DNA of 64,000 nucleotides, taken from positions 1,504,617 through 1,568,616 of the forward strand of contig BDGG01000013.1 of assembly GCA_001949185.1 (NCBI GenBank), read 5' to 3'. Within the stretch, counting starts at the first letter, position 1. Each line of letters begins with the position of its first letter. The translations under genes and the position numbers were made by a program. Source of the stretch: Ramazzottius varieornatus (taxonomy: Eukaryota; Animalia; Tardigrada). Below, one piece after another: positions 26,662-38,960 of this stretch. The notes below the pieces were generated by a model, which was given only the letters and a program-made list of their open reading frames with translations, was not told the origin of the DNA and did no database searches.

Positions 26662-29600
26662 ATGTTTCTCGAAAATGACTTTCTGCTGTTGGGTTTGATC
26701 CTGTCCGGGTTTTTAAAACGCGCTACCGCCCATTCTGGTCTTAATTTCGTCACAATCAGCACCGGTGACAACCCTCTATTCGGCCACATCGCGTCCGAAC
26801 CTGGCTTTTTGGCCGCGTATAACCGCTTGAGACCACTTTATCCAGAAGCCCTTTCGAACTCCACTTGGCATTCATTGTACTGTCCCGGTGGAAATATTTT
26901 ATGCGCCGATGCAGCCATGCAAATGGAATTTATCGCCGGTGACATTTACGACTTACTTAAAAATGTATCCGGGTTGACCATTCTACTCTCTACCGGTTGC
27001 AGCCTGGAAGTGATAGTCTTGGGGGACTTTGCTCGCGAGTGGAATGTGCCGTTATTCTCGAGCACTTCCGGGGATACCCGTTTGGCTAATAAAGAGCGGT
27101 TTCCGACGGTTATCTCGGCAACTGGAGGAGCAGACCATACGTCGATGGCCCGGGCCGCGAAAGCGTTGTTGGACATGTATCAATGGACGACTTTGACTTT
27201 TCTTGTTGATTCGGGCTCGCAGTATCCCGGACTGAACACCTTTTTCAGTCTGTCGTACTCGAACATCAAAGCCCACTTACAGCTTCATTTGGGACGTTAC
27301 ACAATCTACACCCTCCGTTTTGATTCGGGCAGTGAGGACAAGGATATCGATGAGCTCCTGCGGAAAACCAAAAGACAAAGTAGAGGTAATTAAGAGTGTA
27401 AAATTCATTCAGGAAGCTGCGCGCTTCGTAGTGTTGACCTGCTAATATGGTTTTGATTTCGTTGCAGTTGTCTTTGTCTTTACTCATCCCAGAATCCTGA
27501 GGGACATCATGGTAAAATGATCTTGGTCAAGCTACGTCTTACGGCGGTCACTGCGGTGTGTTTACCATTCTTCGTGGTTCAGGTTCGATCTTTTCACCAG
27601 AGGATGACAGATGGATCTTATGTAAGTGGGGTGTAACGTACATGCGGCAGCGACGTCATGCCACTTCAAACTTCCGTAGTGTTGTGCTGCGTGACGAAGA
27701 TCTATACTGTATATGCATGGGATGCTTGAAGTTCCTGGATGTCGCGATTGCTCGGACAAATTGGTTTGCCATTACTAGGTCTTCCTGGCTTCGATGCTGC
27801 CCATTGTTCCCACTCGTGGCCCGATTACATGGAAGTACTTGGACGCCGATGACACAGTAGGAGCTAACAAATTGTTCGATTTAATTCCAAAGTAGTGTAC
27901 AACGAGGGACAGAAATATTCAGCTTCCCCGCGATGATTATTACCTGTCGTTCGTTTGTAGGCCGCCTTCGAAGCTTTTCGGAATCTTATAGTCTTTCAGA
28001 CAGCAGAACCAGCGTGGGCGCAAATCAACGACTGGCTCGCCGATATCGCAGCTACCACGTTTGACCACTACAATGTTTCCTTAACAGCGGATCGATCTGT
28101 AAATGAGTTCGCCATTTCATCATACGAAGTGTTCTATGCATTGACTGAGGTAATTGGACCTGTTTCGCAAGTCATGTTTTCGGCTTGCACAGTATAAGTA
28201 TAGGTTTTATGCTGTGCAGTTATCCACGGCTTATGTTTTGCCTAATATCGTTGCATAGAATTTAAATTCTGTGCAAGCTGAGTTGATTGTACTATTGACC
28301 ACTTTGGTCGAAATTTCAAATTTTGGTGGAGTGGAGCGTGATCAGACCAATCAGCGAATTGGACTTGGCGCGTCAAGTGATCCGAGCTACACGTCTCTCC
28401 CACATTGCGCCACTTCACGTCCGTCTCGTTCTTTCTCGAAATCCATCATGTTTTCGACCGAAACTAGCATTGAAGTTAGGAAGAGATAATTGTCTTCCCG
28501 AAACTATCGCCAGAAAAAGCGAAAGAAGTCCGGGCTTTATCCAGTAGAGGGCTAAATGACGGGCGCCGCGAATTCCGATGCCCTGCTGAACTCGCGCGGC
28601 CTAATAACCCTTTATGCTTTATATCCCAATATTCTGTGCCGGAAGTGAGCAAACCGCGAAACCGTTTCTGCACAGAAGCTGACACAGTATAAAATCATGA
28701 GATTTTATTCTATTCAGAGCCGAAACGTGTCTTGCGAAACAGGTCTATTAAGTGGCGCCACTTATGTATAGTGGTACTTTGTTTGTCCTGGAAACCACGC
28801 AAAATAAATACCCTCAGCTGTGCTTGTTTGTCAGGTACTCAACAGAAGTGGCCTTCTCATCCATTCCGACAAATTGCTCAACGGAAGAACACTGATGGAA
28901 AGGCTATGGAACTCGTCATTGACACTTCCTTCTCGCGATTTCACAATTTCTGGTAATGGTATGCGGATCACAAACATCTCGTTTATGCAACTGGACGTGA
29001 ATACAGAACAGATGAAGGTAATGTAAATCCCCTTCCGGCCGCTATTTTAACACTTCCACTACCATATGTCTTGTGTCGGAACTGAACCATGGGGTCAAAC
29101 GAACCCACAATCTGTAACTGGTTGAAATGGATGGGTGGGGCTTGAATTCACCAGTGACACGAAGCAAGTTTCTTCGAAAGTCCGAATTTCTCTGCGATCA
29201 GTGAAGCCTTTCAGTCGAGACTGGGCACATTTCTCCACTTCCATGTTTATCTGGGAAGAAATTCCACAGTGTGGGAAGAATCAGAAAATGTATAACCGTA
29301 TCCTGGCTCGATGCCAGAGGGAACGGGTGTTCCCGCAGCAGGGAGGTCACTTCAGGCTTAGTTAAGAGCCTCATTCGAGAAGTGGGACTCTTTGGCCTTT
29401 GGGTTCAGCAGGAAGGTTTTCCAAGTTCACGCTGGCCGTCGGGCTGGTTCCGGAACGTGCGAGTCGTAATTCGGTTGAAAAGTTGCTATAGGGGCCAAGT
29501 TTTTTCATGCGTTCGTGTTTTTTCCATGGGCTCGAGTTTCCGGTCACGTGATCTGTGCATCTCTTTCCCTGTAGGGGATTCAGGATCGAGCCAAGCAAGT

Positions 29601-30495
29601 GTTTCGTTTCGTTCAGGATGAGATTTTGAGTAAATCTAACCAATTCGTTCTTGATGGATGCGTGGACCGCAAAATAATCTTTTCCCTGCATCTCTTAAGC
29701 CTTGAAAATTCTCGGGGGAAAGACGATATTGTTGCTTCACTACGGTGACGAGTACTATGTATTTTGTCCAGGCAACGCAAAAAACGGCATATCATCGCCG
29801 CATATAGATACGTTGAAAACGGAGCCCGCACCCCAGAAAGAACTGTGGCTCTGTGATCGTTTGCACCCCATGGTGCATACGCCTGGTCTAATTACCGGCC
29901 TGGACAAAATTTCCGAGTCCCCGGCCGAAAGCGGCAGCAGCTAGAAAAACTGATCAACCAATCAAGGCGGTTCCGCTTTCAGGCGGTGGCCGGAAATTTC
30001 TTCCAGCCCGGTAATCAGGCCTGACGCGTGTACTGCAAGTATCAAACATTCACACAAAATTTTTCATCAGATAGCATGGAAATATATCTCGGCGAATGCG
30101 TCGCTGGTTTCCGTTTCCTTTTTGACGGACCAATGGAAAGCCGGTCCGCCACCGCAGGATCGTCCATTGTGTGGTTTTACCGGCGACCTGTGTCCTCTGA
30201 CCGGTACCGGCGCAGCGAACTCTACCGCAACGGCGGCAGTAACAATGATAGTGTTCCTGATATGCTCCGCTTGTGCTGTTGTTTCATGGTATGGCCCGAT
30301 GTGGAATAGCGTTAATTCCTCGTGCATCGAGGTGCAAAAGATGAACGCAAGCGTCTTTGCAGGGAAAAATCACGCTCCAGGAAACTGCGGGAGAACGAAA
30401 GGTGGTGGGCTGTCGATCTGAGGAGTTTCAGAACTGTTGTCCGGTGTCCGCCCGCCGTTCCTGTCTTTGTGAAAAGTCTACGGAATCTAGACTAG
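26662..30495 (+). CDS. Receptor GC/NPR-like ectodomain protein, single TM, short tail (copy 3, apparently intact)
   Basis: Approximate exons: 26662-27385, 27468-27511, 27583-27620, 27779-27856, 27961-28149, 28835-29017, 30071-30288, 30363-30495, all phase-compatible GT-AG. PPQDRPLCGFTGDLC, then TM, then tail WEKSRSRKLRENERWWAVDL...RNLD*. Confidence 0.8.
29880..30030. repeat. MITE-like inverted repeat in intron 6 of copy 3
   Basis: ATTACCGG.CTGGA..AAATTTCCG at about 29891 and its reverse complement at about 29991-30015. Confidence 0.55.
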
Positions 30496-30951
30496 GTTGC
30501 ACAATCAGCGTTAGTATTTTCCTATTCTCAAAAAAATTGGTACTTGCTGATCTCATAAGCGGTACATTCGATATTCGGTGTAACGCTTGTCTTTTGGAGG
30601 ATGCAGCAGTCGACCTTGAGAATCGATTCGCTCATCTCAAAATTACTGGCACGCAACAGGGCTGGTCCAAGTCGCGCTTACGGTATCAAGCGTCTTTGCC
30701 CACATCACATGCAAGTAAAACATCAAGGACGAAAAACATTACAAGCAAGCTGAAAACCGGAATCAAATGCTACAAAAGATTTAAGGGCACAGATAGGAAC
30801 TCGACTGAAAAGATGTAGGAACGAACGACTGTAGCGTATCACAAGATTTAAGGCCTAAAACTTGAAAAATGTTTGTCATGGTACTTTTATCATGTTGTAA
30901 GATCATGTAATGGTCCTCAGTTTCAGAAAGAAGCATAAAAAGAAGCCACTT

Positions 30952-33209
30952 TTATTCGATATCGGCGTTCGAGCTGTCTTCCGGTTCGTATCCATCCGGT
31001 GTCAACCCGCAAGGTCTTCGGAACTCCTGGCCGTATTCATGGATCCACTTGTTGGACACCCACTTCACACCCGACAAGACAGGGCAAGCTGCATGTCGTG
31101 TTCGTAAGTCTCCCTCACCGTTCTTGTGAAGGTTGTGCCAGAAGACTGCCGAACCTTTTTCTGGCCAGAAGGCCTTGTTGAGGCGTGGGAAAACAGTGGC
31201 GCCACCGGCTTCCACATCCGACATATAAAGCAGCCAGGTGGCGATGCGGTTGCCCATACCCAGGCTTTGGAAAGCCTTTGCTTCGGCTTTCCGGGCGAAG
31301 TCAAAATGGGGCTCGTAGTGTCCACCGATACCGTAGTTGGCGATCTGGAGTTCTTCGGCGTAATCAGTGTCCAGGCCGGTGATGGCCGTGATGCGCTTGT
31401 TGACTCGGTCGATTACTTCGTGGTCGTCCTTGTGAAGCCAAGCACTATATTACAGATAAACCAAATAAACATCCTGACAGACGCATCGATCTGGAGAATC
31501 CGCAGTACTATACTGGAGGTGGAATAACGTACCTTTTAGATATCCGGTAGTGGGCAGTCTCCAGTTCGCCGGTGATGGAGTTTTGAACAGTGGCGCGAGC
31601 CAACCGAGGAGCAGCCAGCATTTTGATGACGGTCATCTCATTGTCGGACACCACTTGATGGTACATGAGCATGTCCGGATCGATGTTAAGAAGCTCAGCC
31701 TTGACCGGCTGCACCACGAAAGACGGACTGGGCACGGCGTAATAGCACTTCAACCTCGGATCCACCGAGGCGTCCTGCAAGGAAAAGGACAACGTTGTAA
31801 ATCATCGTATTCCAATTAGCTGTGGAATTCAGTAACGGTGTTTGGAATTTTCAACGCACATCAATGCGAGGTGCCATATTTTTCATATTTGTTTGCAATT
31901 TTTCACGCCATTTCATACATACTGCTTGCTTTTCTCCACGGCAAAGGACTTCATAAAGCCTTTTCTCCGTCTCCCAGTTGTTCGGTTTGACTTGTATAGT
32001 TCCTTTCTTGGCGACCACAGTTTTTCCATCATCTCCCTTCTTTCTGCCTTCCGACCTCACCGCGATCTCCTTCTCGTAGTACCCAATGTTATTTTGCGCT
32101 CGTTCGTGGGTGGGTTCATAGGCCAGCAGTTGGTTGGTGAAGCGGAGAGCAGTCCGCACATCTCCCTTCATATAATTGCCGAAAGCCAGATATTCCAAAA
32201 CATCGACCCGCGAAGTGGTGTCATTACTCAGCTCGGTAGCTGGGACGTCATCGAAGCGCTGAAGCGCAGTGGTCATCCAGTCGATCGAGTGGTCGTAGTC
32301 CTTAAAGTTATAGAGTACGCGGCCCAGCTCGAAGCATTCCGCCGGAGTCAGGGAAGGAGAGACCGCGACGCCTTTGATTTTTCCTTTGGCTATCGAAAGA
32401 GAATCTATCCGATAGGTATCTTGTAGACGGGATAACGCCACGGCGACACCGGTAAGGTCTTCGTCGGTCGGGAACGTCAGTACGCTGCGCTGGTTGAAAA
32501 CAATCTGGAGGTATTCTGCAAGTGACACGTTGAAATATCGTAGCAAAACCAGGCAAGCTGCCGGAGGCAATAGGTTGCGAGCTGAACGTCTATGGTTATG
32601 CTACAGTACGGCATCCATTCAGTTCGTGAATATCGGAAGCCGACGAGAACGTTGATGGTATAACATCTTTCTTGATTTTCTTACCTCGGCCAAGAGGCGC
32701 ATTTAAGGAGTCCTCAATTTCTTTCCAGTCAGTAGTCAGGCGTTTGATGAGACGGTAGGTATTAACAGGATGAGCGATGAATTTTTCGACCCCGTCAGCC
32801 GCTACCTTCCGGTACAGTTCTTTGAACTCGTTTGTGTACCTGAAAATAGCAGACAAACAATGACACCTATCAGTCACCGACAGCGGTATGCATTCAATCG
32901 GCGAAATAATGCATTGCCAAACTGACAGGATATTGTTGAAATATTTTTCAAAGGTATTTATTCAACAGAGGATTCAAATATATGTCGTGCCTCGCTGAGT
33001 GTCATGATTTATTTGTATTCTGCAACTTACCGTCTCACTTTCAGCAAACGCGCTTCTTCAGCTGCAAGATAATTTTCTAGCGTCTCCACAACGTCTTTTT
33101 CCGATATTATTAAATTTTCTAACTCCGCCATGGATGTAAACACCTCTGCTCGTGATATGCATAAAAGCTGCAAGAAGGATAACAAGAAACCGCATATCAA
33201 AACATCCAT
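30952..33209 (-). CDS. P4HA: Prolyl 4-hydroxylase subunit alpha
   Basis: Five exons. Signal peptide, AEVFTSMAELENL N-domain, HPVNTYRLIKRL, TPR-like peptide-binding domain. Catalytic YEPHFD, GNRIATWLLYMSDVEAGGATVFP, RHAACPVLSGVKWVSNKWIHE. Confidence 0.95.
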
Positions 33210-34276
33210 CTCTCTTTCCCACGTGGTGTCCAAGCACAAAAACTTGACTACCAAGATGCTGATTTATCTACAGAATCCAGATATAAAAACAAAGCTTGGT
33301 GGAATGCACAGCCGGTCAAACTTTTACTGGAACAAGCAATACTATCGCGGTTGTTTCATAAATTGTTCATAGTATGCCGCGGCAAAAAGTTGATGTCGGA
33401 TGATAGTTGAAGAATGTGGTGCATCAAAATATGGAACATTCACAGATGCGGTAAAAATCTTTGGCAATTCCCCCATGTGCGATGGATCTGTGATTCTGTA
33501 TGGCTCAAATCAGACTGCATGGAAAGTGTCTTATCGCGCAGAAAATCGGGCATTTGGGCCATCGAGTCGCACATTTCGCTGTGCTGTCTACGCGGTGGGC
33601 TTGTACAAACTGTGTGCTACTGCCAGGCAGAAATCGACATGCGCCATCCATTTGCAATGCTCTTCCTCGCTGCCGTGCTGTGCCCCCGTACAGGAGGAAG
33701 TATTCGCTTGAATGGCCTACAGACCATGTGTACATAAAGTCTGAGCAGTCAGCAGTGTCTCAACTTTCGAGCCAGCGGAAGCGGCATCTTTATGCATATG
33801 GAGAAGGAAGTTGGAACGAGGATCTAAATTTAGGTATCAAGTTGGTGCCGAACTTGACCACAAAGGCCAAATACCAACATACGTTTGCAATCTGGAGCCT
33901 ATACGCAAGCAATCTGGCTCATGGTGTTACCGCAGCGCCATCTGGAAGTGAGGTGAGGTTTCGATTTGTCAAGAATTCATTAGCCGCGAACTACGAGTTA
34001 CATAAACTCGGAAGGAAACATGGACGACGTGCATAAGCAATTTGGGAGAAAAACAAGAAATGCTAAGAATTCCTTCTGAAACCCGAGAAGCTGATCGGAT
34101 ACTGTATCCCACTTCAAGCGGAAGAATTTTCCCATAGTAGAAAAGTGCGCCACCTATGCAGCAGAGTGGCTTCCGGTTGCGAGGAGGAGAATTCTCTGGC
34201 CTCAATGACGATGTTGCACCCATAAGGCTTTCGTGATATTTTTTATCTGTTCTTACTCTTTTTCTCTTTCCTCTCT

Positions 34277-35392
34277 TTAGCGGCCACCCTTGCTAGCTTT
34301 CCTTGCGTCCGTCTCATTATCCGAACCGCCTTCCTCCTCGCTTAGTCCTTCAGCACCCTCGTCTTCCGACTCACTATACTCTCCCGAATAATCACTATCG
34401 TCCACACCGTCCGTATCCGCCTCTCCCGTATAGAACAGCAAAGCTCGCGGGATAATCCTTGTCCTCAACGCCGTCGCAATCTCATACTCGATACCCGCCT
34501 GTTCTGCCTTCTCCATCAGATCCTCGTCTTCGCCTTCGGCCAACATCTGTCCGATCTTTCCCAGATCCACAATAGCCGGCGTGAAGAAATCAAAGAACGA
34601 ATCCACACGTTTATCGTCCTTTGAGTTGACATTCCCACCAGCCGGTCCTCGCTTCGTCAGGTTCTTCCCTTCCTTCCACTTGATCTCACATCCTTCCGTC
34701 TTGGTCGGCATCAACCCGCTGGACGAGTACAGTTGCGCAGGGGACATATCCAGTCCGTATTCGAAGTAGCGCGTCAGAGTCGTATTGGTGAAGTACGGGT
34801 TGGGAAGAGATTCAAAGATCAGCGTGAAGGCCAACGGGGAGTCTTTGTACTCGACTCGCACATCCTTCAAAAACTCCAAGGCAGCCACGTCTTGTGGATG
34901 AATCATGTCAGCAGTATGAGCGGCGTAGTTCAACACGACCAACCAGAACTTGGGTATACCCATTTGGCCGTCGTCAGGCGAAGTGGGGATGTCAGCGCGA
35001 GGACCGAGTGCGAACTTGCCTTCGTCAGCAGAAGGCTCGTACTTCCCAATGATAATGTCCTGACGCTTGCGGTAGAGGTGTTCGAGGTTACGGTAGTGTT
35101 CGGCTTCCAGCTTGAAGATGGCGGTTTGCAGCTCGACTTCGCGCTGACGGGTCTCCATGTGGATATGACGAAGAGCGTTGAGGCGCTTGTGGATGTTTTC
35201 GGGGAAGTTCGTCTGTTCGGCTCGGGAATCGCCACCAGTGGCGGATACGGCGCTGCTGGTATGCTCCGACACGTCGGAGACGTCACCGGCATCGCGGCGA
35301 GACGTAGATGGTTTTGGACTGTCGGTGGACTTGCTCAAGGGAGCCTTGGAGGTGGTGGGAACACCGGACCCGGACTTGGCAGTAGCTGCCAT
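34277..35392 (-). CDS. Nucleosome assembly protein 1 (NAP1/SET family), intronless, 371 aa
   Basis: LYRKRQDIIIGKYEP, GIPKFWLVVL, IHPQDVAALEFLKDV, FTLIFESLPNPYFTNTTLT, GCEIKWKEGKNLT, SFFDFF, IIPRALLFYTGEA, acidic C-terminal tail. Confidence 0.9.
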   Translation of the reverse strand: MAATAKSGSGVPTTSKAPLSKSTDSPKPSTSRRDAGDVSDVSEHTSSAVSATGGDSRAEQTNFPENIHKRLNALRHIHMETRQREVELQTAIFKLEAEHYRNLEHLYRKRQDIIIGKYEPSADEGKFALGPRADIPTSPDDGQMGIPKFWLVVLNYAAHTADMIHPQDVAALEFLKDVRVEYKDSPLAFTLIFESLPNPYFTNTTLTRYFEYGLDMSPAQLYSSSGLMPTKTEGCEIKWKEGKNLTKRGPAGGNVNSKDDKRVDSFFDFFTPAIVDLGKIGQMLAEGEDEDLMEKAEQAGIEYEIATALRTRIIPRALLFYTGEADTDGVDDSDYSGEYSESEDEGAEGLSEEEGGSDNETDARKASKGGR

Positions 35393-36687
35393 TGTTTGCC
35401 GGGAACGAAATAGCTGGATCCGTGACAGCTGGAAAGAGTATGTAGTTTTCAGGAAGAATGAGCTGCTTTCTCTAATCGTACATGGGAGGTTCGGTCGGGA
35501 GGCAGCAACGCCAGTTTGAATTGTAACCGTGACAACCACTGTGTTACAGAAAGGAAGCTGGTGGAGCCATCTGCAGTAAGAAAACGGCTCCAACCTGCGA
35601 TGACGTCACAGCGGGAAGTCATTATCGTATTTTGCAGTCTGCTCCGGGCCTCCGGCGCTGAATAATATCATGTCCACATCGCGACCCGCTATTTTCAGGC
35701 ACGAACACGCAGTACTTGCAGGTGTACGTGCGGTCCGCACCTGCCCAGAAGAATGCGATAGGCCTACCCAGGAGAAAAGTGTTGGGTTGCGAGATGGGGT
35801 CGGGCAGGACTGCAGTATCGTTCCGACTTGACGGTCAGCTGAACCCCGGAAGAAACCCCAAAGCTGAATGCTGAAGGACAAAATATTTGTTCAACATTGC
35901 TAGTGTGATTCGTTATTGATTCGGACAGGCAATGTTACCTGAGCATTGCCGCGAGTAGGATTTGCAGAATGGTCAGAATGTTATCCGAGTGAGTTTGTCG
36001 TTTGATTCTCGCTTATGGTTGATTGGTACAGCATTCACGCGTTTAGCATTGCCTTCACATTCCTGCCCGTGGTTTTAAGCGGCAGAAACTTGATTTGGTA
36101 GCCACAAGCCTGTCAATAGTAATGATTTATGAAAATCTGGAAAATACTTCGGAGAGAGTGCACGAGGATCTGTGATCTCTAAAAACTAGGCTACAAAATG
36201 CCAACAACACAGGGCCAGAAAGGGCGAGACAAAATTAAGTAGATAACAATTACAAACAACCAAAGCTCCAGAAAAGGAGCGAATAAGATTATCATAAAAA
36301 ACAACAGGTACTTTAAAGTGAGACTGCCGTGGGACAAGATTGGTCCGGGTCTGCGCAAAGAATCCCCCCGGTACGCGTCGTTCTGGCTGTTATGTGTCAA
36401 GTCATAGCGATCAGCCGATCGATACACACGTTGACTAGATATTTCACCCACCATCCGCTAGGTGTTTTTACACGCACCCGGACCCAAACCTGTCCCGCAT
36501 CATTGGTACGTTAAAGTAATCGGCCACGGAGACCGCAAAGACGGTTCAAATAATTTAAACTGAGAAAACTGCAAAGATAACGAGGAATCTTGAGTCAAGA
36601 GCTCAAATGATAACAGGTTCAAAAGAGGTAAGATAATTCAAACGGAATAAAAACAGATTTGGCTGAATTCCGGCATGGTTGTTTGGT

Positions 36688-38960
36688 TCAGTCTGTACTG
36701 GTTTCCGGTTCAGGATTTCTCAAACTTAATTTTAAGGACCAATTCTTATCTTTCCACACTGCTTTTTTGGAGTACGTCCGCACGAATGCTATGGCCTCTG
36801 CGCGACTGCCGCTCCTGCCTGCTTTAGCCTTGATGACGAACTTCTTGGTTTTCTTCGCTGGTAGACGGAGTTCGTCGTTTTCGCATTCTTCGCCTTCCAG
36901 GGGTGAGACATCATCTGCGTCCAACGTCGTGGCTTCTGCCTCGAAGCAGTTCTCCAGGCGCTTGACGAGAAAATTCCTTCGATCTTCGGGCAGTTCTGGG
37001 TAACCCTTCCGCTGCTGGCCGCTCATATAGTTCCCCGGTCCATGAGGAACTCGTCTTCCAGGAAAACTGGAAAACGAATAGCAAGGTGAGAGATTTTAGG
37101 GCTTTCATTGTCTAACAGGAAGAGAAAGGCCTTGGTGAAAGACAATGGCCAGCAGATGGGAAGTCGGTCGAGTTGGCCTGACCGGAAGTGCCTGGCTGGT
37201 AGGTATGAGCGTCACCCTCGATGGCCGCACTTACCTTCCGATGCACCACCGTCAGTCGTTCTTTTCTCCGCTTTTCCATTGCTTCCTGCCGAACTTCCTG
37301 GATCTGCAAAAGAAAGATCCTAATTCGCTTTGCATAACTTTCCGTAGTTATTCAGCAGAATATGAATTTATTTCACCTAATTTACCGCGCTAAAAAAACC
37401 CCAAATAAGTCAATGCAAGCAGTTTCAAACTGGAGACCCATATATGAATCTCTTATCTTATTGCCATGTTTTGAGCCCGCTGGTTCTGGAGCCGAGAGCA
37501 GAAATTGTACATCGCGTCCATCATTCCCTTCACCTACTACAGAAATTCAAAAATAAAACCAAAGACGTTCAATTTCCACAAACAAGCTTCACATCTGGGA
37601 CGTCTGCAAATAAAATCACCAAGTTCGTAATCTCTGGTGTTCTTGGCCGAGAGTATGTGCCCCTTTGAAAAGGACTAGGTGATTTCATCCGCCCAGGTCT
37701 CATCTGTGCATTTAAGCATCCCGTTCGAAACGCTTGCATCGCACTTACGCATTCTTCCAGAGCCACTAGACGATGTACTGTTCGGTTCGTTGATGTGATG
37801 CAGATCCTTCCTCTCAAGTCCAGAAAGTTCTCTGCTTTGATCTACAAAACATTATTCTTCCATATCAACTCATCCTGCAGTACCAACAGGTGCATGATCC
37901 TCATCGTCTCACGCGGTCACTATCCCATGCAGGCAACAAAGGTTAGTCCACTACCGACATAGGTTAGTCCACTGTAAACACCGTAAGAGTTTCAGACTTT
38001 TATCTTTGATCTACAAAACTACTGTACCGGCAGGCTTGTAAGATTTTTCAGCTTCTTGATTCTTGCCAGACGTTCTTTATCCAACACCACCTTCATTTCG
38101 TTAGCCTGCTTATTATTCTTCGGGAAACTCATAATTTGGACGCGACGAAGGCCACCTGTGTGTCCCACATCCGGTTCAAAATTCTTGGGCAACATAGTCA
38201 TCAGCCAGTCACCAACTCGGAACCTGTCTTCGGCATAGCTCTCATTCTGTACCATTTCTAAATCTATCTTGACCGTATACGGCCAAGGTACGGTTCGATC
38301 CGTGTCTATGGCTGCAACAGCGAGGCATGCATCATGCAACTGTTTAACAAGATGGTTTCACCAAATAGCGCACGTCACCAGTGGTATTGGCTAGAAGTTT
38401 GCGCCACTTGGCAAAACGATNNNNNNNNNNNNNNNNNNNNNNNNNNNNNNNNNNNNNNNNNNNNNNNNNNCTCGCCAAGATTGGCTGGAGGTATGCGCCA
38501 CTCGTGAAATTCGTCTGGTCAAGCTTGTTCGTCGAGGTGTCATTTTTCTAGCTCAATACATTTCGGAACACACTTACACGGTGGGAAAAATCCCGGTGAA
38601 CAGATTTACGAGCCGCATAATGCCATCCTCCGTCTTCAGCAGCATATAGCCTGCAACAGCCAATTCTTTGCTTTGTACACCACTACAAGAAAGAATTTAC
38701 CTCTTACTTCCAAGATGGCTTGTCAACATCTTCTCCATCCTCGCAGGGCCAAACCCAGCTGTCTTTTCCAGCAGCGAGCACTTTCCTCCTTCCGACAATG
38801 CATCCGAACATACCGACGACACACTACCTGCTCGAGACTTCCGTGTAGCGTTCGGAGATCCATAAAATGGATATTTACGGTGACTGTTTGCAGCTTCGAA
38901 GTTCGATCCGCTCCTGGATCGAGAGCGTCGACGACGCGGAGGTTTGCTGTTGTCATGATC
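36688..38960 (-). pseudogene. Degenerate multi-exon gene of unknown or transposon origin, possible BEN-like segment
   Basis: Exon-like ORFs with GT/AG borders (38960-38700, 38339-38019, 37830-37570, 37303-37234, 37066-36688). The segment FLEDEFLMDR/NYMSGQQRKGYPELPEDRRNFLV needs a frameshift to be continuous. Confidence 0.3.

Noticed and set aside
29090-29875. ORF fragments in intron 6 of copy 3 bounded by CCATGGGGT(G)CAAACGA inverted motifs
   Set aside because: Probably a transposon remnant, but with no diagnostic motif or TSD, so not classified.
31126-32426. Plus-strand ORFs of 133 and 194 aa
   Set aside because: Antisense to well-conserved P4HA exons.
33400-34223. Overlapping 76-178 aa ORFs between P4HA and NAP1
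   Set aside because: No recognisable domain or splice pattern; probably promoter/UTR sequence.
34733-35519. Plus-strand ORFs opposite NAP1, and the 67-aa upstream extension of the NAP1 ORF
   Set aside because: Shadow ORFs from codon bias. The extension starts at a non-ATG codon; the first ATG is at 35392.
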